The position numbers were made by a program, and so were the translations under genes. From Spongospora subterranea f. sp. subterranea (Eukaryota), in NCBI GenBank assembly GCA_049724395.1, contig JAUGWO010000032.1, positions 1-62,562 of the forward strand: a DNA stretch of 62,562 nt, read 5' to 3'. A model generated the notes under the pieces. The model had not been told where the DNA came from. It ran no database searches and saw nothing but the letters and a program-made list of their open reading frames with translations. Position 1 is the first letter of the stretch, and each line of letters starts with the position of its first letter. Below are positions 1 to 13,450 of this stretch, piece by piece.

Positions 1-379
1 TGATTGGCTGCTTTTTACTACCATTTGGGAGGCGCGAGATGCGCCTCAAAATTTGTGTTTTTGTTAAAACTTTCAAAATGCTGTCGGAAAGCGGGGAAAT
101 TAATTCCTGACTAATCCTCGTCCAAATCGCTCCCGCTGACAGCGTCCGATTGAGCGACAGCTCATCGGCCATGTTAGACATCTGAATACAAAGTCAATAT
201 GTACATCACAATTACATGGTGTCAGCAGTTCCAACTGAATAACCACATGCAAAGCGTCCGACGCAGATGATATTACCATGTGAAGCTTCTAATGAGTTCA
301 TGGTAATCAAATATGATTGATTGAAAGACTTGGATGAAAGCAATTCCCCGAATTTATTGTCCCCATGTGTACGAGTACA

Positions 380-691
380 TTACCAGTATGATGTCGGGAT
401 TACTGCAAGTCGCCATTTGAAAATTACGATGGGATTTGCGCCGCAAATGCGATTCGTCGATTCATGGTATAACCAAGTGACTGTTGCGAAGGGACCAACG
501 AATCTATCCATTACTGGCAGTTGCAGATTTTGAGAAAAAAATCCCATTCTGCAACTCTCAGCGCCATCCCATATTAAGACCGCGGCTATAGGACTTTGCG
601 TGTCGTCAGGGCCTGTGCAAGTATGATTTAGTATTTGCAGGTAACCCATGACAAGATACAGTAAAACCCCAACCTTTGACAAAAACTTCAT
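380..691 (-). CDS. Orphan ORF with signal-peptide-like N-terminus (possible small secreted protein or gene fragment)
   Basis: ATG start, MKFLSK followed by hydrophobic VGVLLYLVMGYLQIL; no recognisable domain; gene may extend past the ORF stop. Confidence 0.25.
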   Translation of the reverse strand: MKFLSKVGVLLYLVMGYLQILNHTCTGPDDTQSPIAAVLIWDGAESCRMGFFSQNLQLPVMDRFVGPFATVTWLYHESTNRICGANPIVIFKWRLAVIPTSYW

Positions 692-979
692 GTAAACGAA
701 TTACAGCCCCAGGAATTGTCCATGCCCTGCAAACAATCATGCGAACAGCAGAAACGACCGTTGTTCGAAGCTCGAAGGCCAAAGATCTCGAAGTCGGACG
801 CCCCAATATTCCATTCCTCATCCATGATCGGCAGAAGTTACAGGAGGCTGCGGTAATTCGCCGCTTTTATGCGAATTTAGCTTGATTTACGTTTTCACCG
901 AACCAACAACCACATTTTTATTTTTTACTCTCCATGTCGACGAGCAGTTTCTCGTTTTTTCTTTCAGCGCCGGAAGGTC

Positions 980-1735
980 AAAAAGTTGCTCGGTTTTCAT
1001 TAGCAAATGCACCAGATTAGCGTAAGCTGTGAAACAAGTTGGATGAAAATCCCGTCCGTGCCTGAACAAACGCATTGAAAGACATCCAAAGTTTCTCATC
1101 CTTGCGTCTGATGGAACTAACGCCTTGCGCCCATCAAGCGAATTTCCGAGTTGAGCTGGGTTTGCACAGGGGTGGCCTCAGTTTTCGGGAACGATGTAAG
1201 AAATTTTGGTGACCATCAGCGGTAACCTCTGTCTGCGCATGCTTTTTCGACTGATATCATTCTAGGAACCAGACAATGTCTGGCTAATTTGAGATCCGGC
1301 CATAATCCACAAGGCACCCCACCAGATATATGGACAATCTTTGAACATCCAAATGCGGTGACAATATCATACCTGAGTCCTGAATGGGCAAACTTGTGGC
1401 TAAAATCTTCCTTTGACCATGTGGAACGCTCATAAACTTGAAAGTCTATGCCGTAGACATGCAAGTGGTACATCCGACCAAGGATTACGGTAAACACTAG
1501 GAATGTGGCATGGCGCTAAACGTCAATGGTGAATGGCATGAATCGCAATTGACACCAGAACTGCAAAATATTATTGGCAAACAGATCGTATCCACTTCAA
1601 TGGCGTTCTTGTTCCCGCCCCTGAGCTTTGAGGCTAATGTAACGTTTGATCCAATAAAAACCGTGCTTCCATTTTGTCAATAATCCTCTGCAGTTCGGGT
1701 ATCAATTACACACCATATATATCGTCCTCCATTTA
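980..1735 (-). mobile_element. Decayed PIF/Harbinger-superfamily (ISL2EU-like, DDE_Tnp_4) transposase
   Basis: Motifs GIDFQVYE..FSHKFAHSGLRYDI..HISGGVPCGLWPDLKLAR..ADRGYR and downstream FRHGRDFHPTCFTAYANLV; broken by stops and frameshifts; boundaries approximate. Confidence 0.65.
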
Positions 1736-4700
1736 TATTGCGCCGTTTCCGTAATAATTATGTCTGATGAATCCGCTTTAATTCCCCAAATGCAGAATTA
1801 CCGTGCGGTCCACGCTAATACCTGTGACCGACTCGGAAATTAGAGGTTGACAAAAAGCGCGGTCCGGACTACGGTAATTGCGGTCATCGGTGTATACTCC
1901 GTGTATGAGAACGGGAATTCAGTGAACCATAATCGATTTGACTGCGACGAGCATGTAATTTTGAAGTCGTTCAAGAGCATGGAGAAGATATCTTCCAACT
2001 CAAATCCAACGTGAATCTTAACACGGATGAGACAGATGTCGAATACGATGCAAACGAATGATATTCAAATGATCTCATGTTTACAGATGCGCTATTGCAA
2101 CGAGTTATCTCTTGTATTTGATGTAATTGTTTTAAGCATCCTTAATTAGTCTCAATGCTGTCGTACGATGCTCTGTAGATCTGATTGAGGTGATACATTT
2201 TTTGTTGCAATGAAAGGAAACTGTTTGCTTCCAATGACGTTGGTTGCCTCGCCACCATTGCGTTGTAAACGGGGTTCAATCTGAATGTGATTGCAAACAG
2301 GCATGCTGCATTTACACGCCCCAATGCTAGGGCAAACCGTGGGAGGATGATGATGACCTTACCATAGAGCAGCCTATTGGTAAGGAGATGTCATTCCGAC
2401 AATTCCGATTTCAAGATGGGAATGGCATTGCCTTACCAATAGGCTGGAGTCACCACCATCCTCCCGTTTAGTATATCGGTACTCCGAGTCAGCAATACTC
2501 TCCGGACACATTTGCATATTGCAAGGCCATCTGGCATAATCGGACTATAAAGCTCTACAGTTCTGTCATTAGAGAGAAACTGACAGGTGAGTGTGTACAC
2601 ACTACACATGGGACTCATTAACAATCTGACAAGGGATTGAAGAGAGGATAAACCTTCCAATCAATTGATCCTCTTTTAATCCATTTGCACCATTATTGAG
2701 GGAGTTCCAAAAATAGATCCCGTTTTCAAAAACTTGTCAGTAATCCATTTATGACACGATTGCTCGTTGGATTTTTCAAGACGCAACTTGTGCTCTAACA
2801 TTGTAGGGGTCCAATTTTCACCAGAAAAAGAACTGTCCACTCTAATTACAGTAATGTTACACCGACGGTAGAGTGTTAACCAACCACAGTATGGATTATC
2901 ACCAACCTGGGTCTTCGCCAACTAAATGATAAAGTGTGACAAGGAGTTGACGACCACCCCAAGACTGGATCAGAAACATTCAAGAGTGGGATTGCCTGCA
3001 ACCAAGATAGGTTCACCAACACCCCTGCAATCAGATTATGGCTGACTCTGCTAGTGAATCCGTCTCTGACAATGGCAATGATTGGCTTGCTGTAGAGATC
3101 GGCATTCCTGACGCATCTGCGTTGAAGGCAGTTATAAAGTCATGGCATCGCATAGCCATTGCAGCGTCCAGCCAACCGGTTTTTGAACGTTCGCAGACGA
3201 CACCGTGGTCGCGTTCACAGAAATATCAATGGTCGAGGACGAGGTCGGGGTAATCCCGTTCCCGGAAGATCACCAATTGGTCACCGCCTTCGTCATTGTC
3301 GAGCCGCTGGTCCAGGGAGGGGCAGATTGGCAAGCCCGGCCCTCGAGCTCGATTGATACATATGAATGAACTATGTACTGAATATCCCAAAGATAAATGA
3401 ATTATCTATAGCCGAACGCGAACGGCTAATTATCATTTTGATTATCCCAATTTTTAGCAATTTTGAGGCTGTCTATTTTCGCTAACACAACATTGGCAGT
3501 TAACACAACTTTGGTAGTGTTTTCCATTTTCAACAATGTTCGAATGAATAATATGAAGGTGTGCAAAACGATTGCAAAAATAGTTGACAGAAATTTGCAA
3601 TGTAAAATCGTCCCTTTCTCAGCGCGGTGAATCTACCTTGACATTAGTTGTCGATGACCCTATTCTGGTCGTTGGTGATCCAATACCAACTCATACGAGG
3701 TTGGTTTGCCCAGAAATAAGAGTGGTCGGGCCCTAACTTTACCCATATTCAGGTTTGGGTGTTCATAACCCCAATCTTGGGCAATGACCGCCCTTGTTTC
3801 ACGTGCTGCATTCTCGACTTGTGCTTCAAAGTTGATCAGTGCTGCAGCCGTTGGCGCTAACACGACGTCCTGCTGTGAGTCGAGAGTTACTTTGAATGAG
3901 TCAAACGAAAATGAGATTCCAGATAAGACCCCTTTTTCGTCCACGTTTTCTATGAGGAATCTTCAAGCGCATGTTCCTGCTCTGTTCACGATAACACAAA
4001 GGGCAACAGACGACCAAGGGGTGACAGTTCATACCTGGTTTCTCTGAGGAAGGCAAAATTGCACGTTGAGATTTTTTTTTGTGATGCCGATTCTAACGAA
4101 TCATTCATGTTCAACAGGTAATTTATAGAACAGAAGTCGGCTGATGACAGTCATGTATGTTCTTCAGCTCACATCTGCCCAATCAAACTCCAATCAGCAT
4201 AAAACTGCATCGAATTCGCACTTTGTTTTTAAAACGAATTTTTGAAATTGTATATATTTCGTGTCGTGATTGTGGTAGATGAAGTTAGCGGCGATCAACA
4301 AGAGTAGCAGTAAATGTCTCAACGTGAACTCATGAGCATGAACAGCGCTTGATCTCAATCGTTTTGGACCTCATTGACTTCGTCGATGGGGACGTATTAA
4401 CCGGAAAGCAATTGGAATCACGACGCCTTGTTCGTGTTGTTGAATTCGGCGTTTTGCTTGAGCGGTATATTCAGTGGACGAATAATCGTGCAAAATTGGT
4501 GGTTGGTGGTGAAGCTCCAGGTTCGGGTCGTCGCCTCGACTGCCACTGAGTTTATCATGGTCGTTTTCCTTTGGCTATGGATGTTGTTGATGATATGGCT
4601 GCCCCTGACGATGCCCACGACCTTCACCCCGCAAAACGTGATTACAAATCGATTGTTGGTCATGTCCCGCCCTATCAAATTCAGAACTAATTCACCACAG

Positions 4701-7700
4701 CAAAGTTGAATATAATGGGGGATCATAATCGGTGTTTAACACCTAACAACCGTTCGTCTCATCCATAACTCTGAACTCATCCTTTTCCCATTGTCGAACC
4801 GCGTTGCTGTTGCGCCATATCTTATTATATCAATGGGTGTCCTCAAGTTGTTGGTATTGGTGGTGGTGGCGATCAGACCGACTCGATCAGTGACAACCGA
4901 ACATGGTCATGGTTGGGTCGAACCGCTTGGCTCCGGTCAGGCCAATGCCGCCACAACAATCGCCTCCTCGACTATCTCGGTATGGATGGGGGAATGTCGC
5001 TCCAAAGAATTGCAAAATGCTGAGACCATTGGTGATTGCAGGACACAATGTCGTCATCGCCGGAGTGGGCAATGCCCCATGACAAGACCCAACGTGTAAA
5101 CTATCCAGTATTGAAATATTCGACATTTGAGTCGAATTTGTTGAAACGCACGATTGATTTGTTCAAAATCGATCGTGTCGACCAGTTTGGTGAAAGTTCT
5201 GCGATGAATGTGGTCGTTCAGCTCATCATCCAATAGAGATTCGGCTTGTTAAGTGCGTTTTTAGGAATGGGACTCGAGCCCGGGTTCGAAAATTGACGAG
5301 TCCCATATCAGTATCGATTCTCAACAGTTAATCGAAGAGCGCAAGAACCTCCATTGCCTGATCGATCTAAATCGAATTCCAACTGATTCGGAAATTTTGC
5401 CGTCTAAGGACTTTCTCGAGAATCTCGTGCCCGATAACAGCAACGCCCACCAGTTTGGTGACAGTTCTTCCAGAAACTTAGCTGTTCAGTCCATGACCAA
5501 ATTGTGTGTCGCTTTACTAAGTTCGTGTTAGGATTGGAACCCTGAGCACGAGTTCAAACCGTGATGCATCCCGTATCAGTATTAATGGTCAACAGTCAAT
5601 TGAAAACGTAGAGGGTAAAACTTTCGATTGCCGCATCGAAAATACAATTAATTCAAAAAACCAGCCAGATGACGTTCGTGAGAATTTCGTGCCAGTAAGA
5701 GGTTGCCGATAATCCTCATCACCAATATCTGGATTATGTCGTAGGATGGATTTCCGGAGCAGACTCACAAAATGGTTGAGGTCTCGTAATTATCAAATAC
5801 CTGGTGGGATTGAAAATTCTCTGTCGGCACATAAACTGGGACCTGGATGAGGTCAAAGACTATGATAGCCTCTGTGTGTTTCTGGTCAGAACTCTGGTTT
5901 CCCGCTCTGTCTGGGATTTGATCATCACAAACGGTATCGTCTGTTTAGGGAAACGGAGACGAATCCAAAACAGGTCGAGTTTCACGACAGTTTGGCCATA
6001 GCGGAATCACATGATGGAATTACTCGGAAAGTCGGGGCGGGATACCGTTGAGGTCGGTACAAAACAATGGTCGATTTTCCTGATACTAGGCTAATTGCCA
6101 AGGCAACCAGCACCCTTCAAAAACTGATCCTAATTTCGAATTTTGTTTTGAAACTGGTCTCTTGCAGAAGAACGCTCTGCAGTATTACTCCCTAAGGTGA
6201 TTAATTGTCTCAAGCGCACCTGTATCCCCGTCCTTCAATGTCTTGTGAAATGTTGTGGCAAAGACATGGACCTGTTCCAGACACGTTGGGGAACGCGTTT
6301 CAACCACCGTAATTTTGGATTGACATGCTGCCCCGGTCGTGGATCAAATCATAACACCTGCGGTTACCACAGGACGAAAATTATCAGAAACCCTGACTAC
6401 AGGTGTTCATTCCCCTGTTGTTAGAAATACTGACTAATATTTGTGCTTGCAGAGACAAAGACTCCGGTTCATTGGATCTCAAAGCTCTTGTTCTGGCTGT
6501 TTCAATGTCAAAAACCGCAGAAGAAAAACTCAAACTGTGCTGTGAATTCAACGAGAAATACCGAGTCAAGTGGCCCCGCAACTCAAAAGCTTCTTCGATC
6601 ATATTATAACCAGAGTCCGAGACCCATCTGGGGGTGCTTTGTTCATCACTGTGGCCAAAATATAAATGAATGGATTGGAAAATGGGGCCCTCGATTCACA
6701 CATGGAAGATTCCGCATGCTGAAATGTCAGGGATTGAAGTCCCTTCGATGCGGATCGATCGACCCACCATTTGATATTCCCGCAAGACTTCATCTTCGCT
6801 CTAAATCAACCCGAGTACCTCCTCCCAGCGATTTCCGCAGATTCTCGAACAGTATGATCTGTTCGTGATTGCGAAGACAACATCACAGAGAGCCGCCTCA
6901 TCCGGGTTTAACCTCTTTGATCAACAACATGCCGTCCTATTCATCAATTGTTTACATCGTCATTGCTCTGGAAGTGTTGAGGAATTTGTTCGGAGATGGG
7001 GAGAATCAGTATTCCTACTCCAGGTTCAGTCGCGATTACTGTCCTGGAACAGGCAGAATGGAATATGATATCTGTCAATATGATTCTCTGATCATCCCAA
7101 GGTTCGATCAATGATTGACCCTCCAATATAGACTCAAGTTAATATAACCTGATTAGCATGAAGTCAATAATTTCACCTGATCAGTTATAAGAGTAGTTTC
7201 ACAAGGGGTCATTTATATCAACTTTTCTCAGTATAATAATTCCGTTGGGGTCTTTGACACAAACCCTATTACTGCAAATAGGAAAACGCATCACGACAAA
7301 TCGGCTTGTCGACATGGCATAGAACCTCTTTGTCGGAATATCAGCAATGGGTTATAACATACGGATTGTGATATGTTATATATCCAGACAAGAATCACAA
7401 TAGAAGCGAATGTTCTAAATTGACCATAGCGGTCGAGGGAGTCTGTTGCCATATTACAGATGGAGGCCAACGGTCAAGGTATGATTCCAATAACACGACA
7501 CCGCCGGCCACAACACTATTTCATGAATCTGACCCGTTATCACCATTGGATACGATTTGGTCACCCGCCGCTACGCCGGCTTCAAATGTCAACCTTTCCT
7601 CAGGTATTATCTGACCCTATATCGATGAAATACGCTCCAAATTCCACGAACTTGTATCGCCTGGCCTCATTCTGGTTAGTTCTGATAATTTTGCCACAAC

Positions 7701-8109
7701 GAAAAACAGATTAGCGACTGTGCTCCAATGGCCAGTAATCCAGATTGGTGATTGAATTCTATATTTCCTTCATATACGTGTTTTCAGACGAAGAATTAGG
7801 TGGAATGGCGAGGTCCTACCAGTGAAAATTGAAACCATTCACGAATTGCAACGTCATATAAAAAAAAATGTGTTGCTGTGGTTTGATATACAAAGGATCG
7901 CGGGTTGTTATGGGTCGGTGTGCTATCGCCAGGTCGACAGTGACAAGGGAGGAATAGCGATGAAAGGAGAGGAGATGATGAAGAGACAGAGTACAGTACA
8001 GTAGAGCTTGTTAGAGCGGAAATGAGTTCCGACGGGACGGGACAGGGGAGTCGATTAGTACCACCTTCCCCTGTTTTAAATCAGGTCCTGGAGAAGGTCG
8101 GCAGAAAGT

Positions 8110-10640
8110 GGCTCCATGGCACGTGCTTGGAGAAAGTATTTCACAAGTTGAGGAAAATCCGAAAAAATCGAAGATAAAAGGCTCCCAGGTGAAATCTGTT
8201 GGCTCAAAACCCTGCCAACCGATCAGCAGTTCGGTTTGGTATGGTATGGTATGGTGGTTGTCGGGTTCTGATGATTCGGGTAATCCTGTGTACTACCAGG
8301 TTTTCCCTAGTTCCGCCTGGCCGCTACAAGTAGATTGGGTATCCGATCAAGGAACCTATTAGACCAGCATCAGCAGTTCGATGTCACCAGGACCAGCGTT
8401 GCGCCTCAAATTGCAAATGGAGGAGACGTCATATGTAGCACCCTGCGATGCGATATTGTGAAGAAGGGGCGTTGTGACGTTGAGGGTCTTGTCATGATAA
8501 TACATCAGACGTTGGTCAATCCATTGCCGAGATGTCCCAAGTGATCAAATTTTGTTTCCCTGAACACGTGCGGGTTGACCACGTCAACAATCTGTGCTGG
8601 ATCGAACCAAGTTAACACAGGATTGTCTACTCTGACGCGGTGAAGAGTAGAGCACATAATCGCCTGTTGTAAAATTAATGTCGACGGTCGATCTGCGCTT
8701 TTTCGACGAGACATCGGTGCTTCTGAGGCGCGTTGTCTGATTTACACGATCAGCCACTTCCTTGTTCATGGAATCCAGAGAATCAGAAAGATCGACTGTG
8801 ATCTCATTGATTCGCTGTTGAGCTATAGGAACATAAACAATGGTGTCATTGTGACCAAGGAAAATTGACGACAATAAAAAAAAAGGTTGAAAGCCTGTGA
8901 AAATGGTGACGGGAGAGAAACCGATCTTGGGACGAACACGAATGGTTGAGGACCATATTGACGAGAGGAGGAATACAAGGCCAATTGCCATCGAAAGGGA
9001 GGCTGAACTCCGACAATAATATCTTTAGAGTCGGATAGAATATGTCGGTTGACGATCTGTGACTGTCCCGTTGGCCCATGGAGTGTAGGCGGTAGTAAAG
9101 TGTCGAGCGATATGTAGACGAGAACACAATTGAACAACCACACTGTTCTTGAAGTTTGATCCCTGATCTGAAACGTGCCAATAAACTATTCCAAACCGTT
9201 TAAACCAGTCGATGAGGGCGAATACCACTGTTATATGATCGGCGTGTTGACAGGCGATCAATTCAACAAAACCGCTGAAATCATCCTTCAAATATGAAAA
9301 TTGGTTCGCTTGGTTGACACTCGGGTTAAAGATGTATAAAAAATCAGTGTAAAACAGTATTAGATGTAGATGTATGAATAGATGAACTATACGGTCGAGG
9401 AACAACTGCACCACGAACCCGTAAACTGTGGAGGTAATTAGAAACAAACTCTTGAATCATATTCGGCCACTAAAACCGGGACTGTATCGTCTTGATTGTG
9501 TTCTCAGAAGTAAGATGGGCCGAGGGTCCCATATAGTCGATGACCATCAGACGAATTAGGAGAGACGTTGATGCGATACAGAGTTGGTTTGAGGACGTTC
9601 TCCAGGCTATGCTTCCAGGAGAGTGATGAACTAGGTGAGTCTGATTAATTAATCCATCAAGACAGGGTTCAACATGCTCATTACTGATGTAGTTGGACTG
9701 GACTTCCGATGGATTGTATTGTTGGCCAGATGAAATCGTCAGCAATTCGATTTGACTGGAAAGGGACAGCGAGTCGTTTTGATGCGAGTTGTACATTAGT
9801 GGTGACATCGGCCGAAACTGGCGGAGGTAATGAGACAAACCATCGAGTGCAAATTTCGGCCCAGATATTATCATCCCCTGCAATGTGTTCGATGTGGAAA
9901 TCGAAAGACAAAGTGACAAGGAGAAATGGTTTACCGGAAAGAAAAGGTTCCAGGCGATGACACCCTTCCACGATCGGATACCCTTCTTTTTCAATGATTG
10001 CCCAGTTAAGTTGGCTCCCTTGGAATCTGCCACTTAAACAAGCAATTAGTTGATGTCTGTGCGGTGAATGAGGTGTTGACACATCTTTGGAAGGAATTTG
10101 TGTCAGTACTTTTAACACAAAGAATTTAGAAGGGTCGGGGAAGAAACAGAGAACATGTCCATCCTTGATATGAGCGACTGTGATCAGATCTTTAGAGCCT
10201 TCTTGAGATTTGTAGAGGCAATTTTGTGTTGTGAATTCCAGTCTATACTACCCAGGTTGACGTTCTTCAGAGTGTTTCTTGTTAAACTGCCGATGCAGCG
10301 AGGAGCAGTTGCTGAAGTGGATCTACGAGAGAAGCGAATCGAGGGGGGAGGCAGACTATCCAAAGTCGATACGTAATCGGGGTCGAATGTGACTCCATCA
10401 GCGGAAATTACATGGCCACACCATTTCACCTGAGATGATGATAATTCGCATTTGTCGGGATTGAATTTAATGTAGTGATAGTGAAGTTCGTCCAGTATTG
10501 TATCGAGCACCACGAGCAAAGTCGTCTGGATTATTGACGTATCTTAAAATATCGTCAACCCATAGAAGTGTGCAATTATCTTCAAGATTAAAACAGATGT
10601 ACACGGCAATCCAATTCGGCACAATGCCCGGTTGGTTGTG
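8110..10640 (-). mobile_element. Decayed Ty3/gypsy pol (RT, RNase H, integrase, chromodomain)
   Basis: LLWVDDILRY and KFNPDKCEL..VKWCGHVISADG (RT); IIEKEGYPIV, HIAGDDNIWA (RNase H); KDDFSGFVEL, WFKRFGIVYWHVSDQGSNFKN, FTTAYTPWANGTV (integrase); ELLIGWQGFEPTDFTWEP (chromodomain); many frameshifts; no LTRs recognised. Confidence 0.85.
8234..8368 (-). mobile_element. SINE-like element, copy A (135 nt, (ATACC)n tail)
   Basis: Flanked by 12-bp direct repeat ATCAGCAGTTCG (8222-8233 and 8369-8380); interrupts gypsy chromodomain codons; homologous to 51612-51759 and 53238-53371. Confidence 0.8.
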
Positions 10641-10800
10641 TACATCTTCCTTAATCTTGACGATCCATTTTGTGCCTATTGCCGTCCGCCCCTTCGGTAA
10701 GTTCGTGAGTGTCCAAGTTCCATGGCTTATCAAACCCTGATAATATTTGACGACACGTTGTGTTTTGTTTGACGTGTCACTACTCGAGTCCTCGAACATG
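10640..10800 (-). mobile_element. Ty1/copia RT N-terminal fragment
   Basis: LISHGTWTLTNLPKGRTAIGTKWIVKIK matches the copia (RVT_2) start motif TW.L..LP.G...I..KWV.K.K. Confidence 0.6.
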
Positions 10801-11889
10801 AAATTTGAAATGCAGTGGTCCGATTCTGAAAGAAAAAAGGAGTTGGGCTCGATAATACCTTCTTATTTATGTTGATCCTGGATATTCTGGGTGCTTTCAC
10901 GACGTCAATTGTCTACGAAATTCCGAACTGCATTGACATCGGTTCACACGAACAGAAGCTGCAGTTGGTCTCTACTTTAATTGGAGACCCAGGATAAGTG
11001 GGAGCTGAGTTGGACGAACTCAGAAGAGTTGATTCGACGTGAGCGCGGTGGTGATGCGGCTCCCAACTCGCCGATTGATGCGGTTCATAAACATCATGTT
11101 GTAATTAGAATCCAGTCGAATGAGGAATAGGAGGATCAAGAATCTACAGTAGGCATCACTCCCAATCGACAAAACAAGTTCTCCATAATGTTCAAAGCGG
11201 CTGCGATTCTCATATTTTTGTCATGTCAATGGAGGAGGCCAAGACTTCAATATCGCTGATCTGGGATTGCCAGCAGGAAATAATGATGAAGGATACGTTA
11301 TCAGTTGGGGGGTGATTGTTCATATTGATTCATAACATAATAGAGGTTCATTCTTTCCAGCAGCTTTTTTTTTTATTTTTCAAGCATTCTGCAATAAGCT
11401 GCTCCGCCCTTCCTTCTTCTCTGTCCATGATTGATTGTTGCCGATCGATTTCGACTCGCAAATGTGTAGCTGCTTGGTCAAAGAATAACTTCTACAGTAT
11501 GGGAAGTATAGCTTCAGCAAGTCCCTACAGCCTCTCACAGACGTTTTCGGCCACAACAATGTCAACAAAAAGAAGCGCCTTGAAAAATCCTGACGATTGA
11601 GCTACTTTTCGATTTTTGCCAATTGCTTCGGTCAATTTTTCAAAGTTTCAACTCAGTTCATTTTGCTCAGATTGCGCCCGGAACAGGCTCATTCGACTGG
11701 AATTTTTTCTTGTAAATGCGATTGCAGTCATCAAACCTGGGTTTGTGGATATTGTGACCGAGTTTTTTATTCTGCAGCATTTTATACACAATATCACAAT
11801 CGGTTGTAATTACGCCACGACTGAACAATCGCGCCGTTGCCGCTGCGAAAGCGAGAGATGTCGCGGCCATGATGTGTGCTATCTCATCA

Positions 11890-13450
11890 ACCATGTCGAC
11901 GATTGCGGCTAATGGGGGAGTCCCCGTTCAACTGTCTGATAAGGACCTATCTGATGACAAAGAACCAGACAACGAATCGCCTTGGGAAGAAGACGTCGGC
12001 TCGTCTGAGAACTGGTCGGACAGCGAATCCGATCGAAATCAACCTGTGTCATCTGCGCCGGCGCATGCTTTTCCATCGGGCGCATATAAACGTCGCCGAC
12101 GATACGATGGAACTATCCAAAGAACAAAGTACCGGAAAAATGAGAGGATAAGGAAAACTCTCCAACAAAAATAATCACAGCATTTTGGACTCTTTCCAAC
12201 GGAAATCTAAACCAGCAATGGCCACACCTTCGAATGATGACATCAGCCCTGCCGTCTGGAGATGGCGACATCCCCCCGCTCTTTTGGATATGAGTATTTT
12301 GATGAGATTCTGGGGAACAATGCTGGGGCTGTACCTTCATCAGATAACATCAGAATATGGCTGCATTATATTTACAGAGAAGGACGAGAAACTTCGGAAG
12401 AACAATCAAGGTCAGTTGAGTTAGAGTTATACACTGTATCTTTTACAATTCATCCTAATTGGGCGATGAATGTGAATGCATTGTCATGATCAGGGCAATC
12501 GAGCACCTTTTTACGGCATCACGTAGGAAAACAGGTGAGCCGCAGCAAGGGTTCATCGTTGGCCGCTGTTAACATCTTGAACACGAGTAGCTTATACCGG
12601 GCACGCAAGGGTTCGGGAGAACGGGGCCTGACAGGGCGATCGGCTGATTTCGCAACGCGTAAGTATCGATCACATCGACGTCTCCCCGATTCGATTGGCG
12701 CCGATGAACTGCGTTTGGCGTTTGAGGGGAAGAACGAGCGTCGTGTTGCACGATTAGCTTCTACATAAATTTCAAAAACTGTTCTTGAACTCCGGCAAAT
12801 CCTCTGCCAATCAGATCACGAAATGCCCACGATTAACAATCAGCGACTTTATTGCATTGCGAACTTCTCCATGTTATATATCTGGAAATAAAGCTGGTCA
12901 GAAGTCGATTTTTGGCTCATCGGAACCGGCCCGCTTGGCGCCAAACACCTTGCCGCAGGGGCAACGGTCCTGGAATCGATCACAACACAATTCCAATACG
13001 GCATGAACTTGAACCATTACCAATATCGACCGCAATCGGGTACTTCACGCCACGATCCTGCACCAAGACTGCTTCGCTGAGGATCCGACGCGCTCGGCAC
13101 TGCGATTCCGTCGCGGTGCCCGAATGTGAATATCTCTTACGTTGAGAATCGTAGATCATGGATGATTTCTTCCGTCAAACGTGTTTGTTCACCGATTTAC
13201 TGAACTTGACACCCATTCGAAACTGTGCTACAGCAGTGCGGAGGGTGTTTTTCAGGTTGTGAAAAGAACTGTCGCCATCGTGTAGCAGATACCTTCGCAC
13301 ATCTTATCAAAGATGTGTTTACCGGTCCTTTCCTGAAAACTTCAAATAAAAACCTGCAGCTAGAGCAATTGCTGCACATTCATGGGAGCGAAAGAGTGGC
13401 CAGCAATGCTCGAATCTATGGACTAGGCTCAAATGGCGCATTGGATCAGT
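11890..13450 (+). mobile_element. Highly decayed DDE transposase relic (IS630/Tc1-related)
   Basis: Fragments YDGTIQRTKYRK, LYRARK, LPIS..TKTASL and HPFETV..KNCRHRVADTFAHL resemble motifs of this family (P.F.CELNPIE..W..K...R..C..TF..L); numerous stops. Confidence 0.4.

Noticed and set aside
4300..7700. Gag or DNA-transposase relics
   Set aside because: Only faint resemblances (including a degenerate duplication near 5300 and 5570); not assignable by eye
8265..8300. Hammerhead ribozyme (CTGATGA)
   Set aside because: No matching GAAA/stem II, and the motif is not conserved in copies B and C
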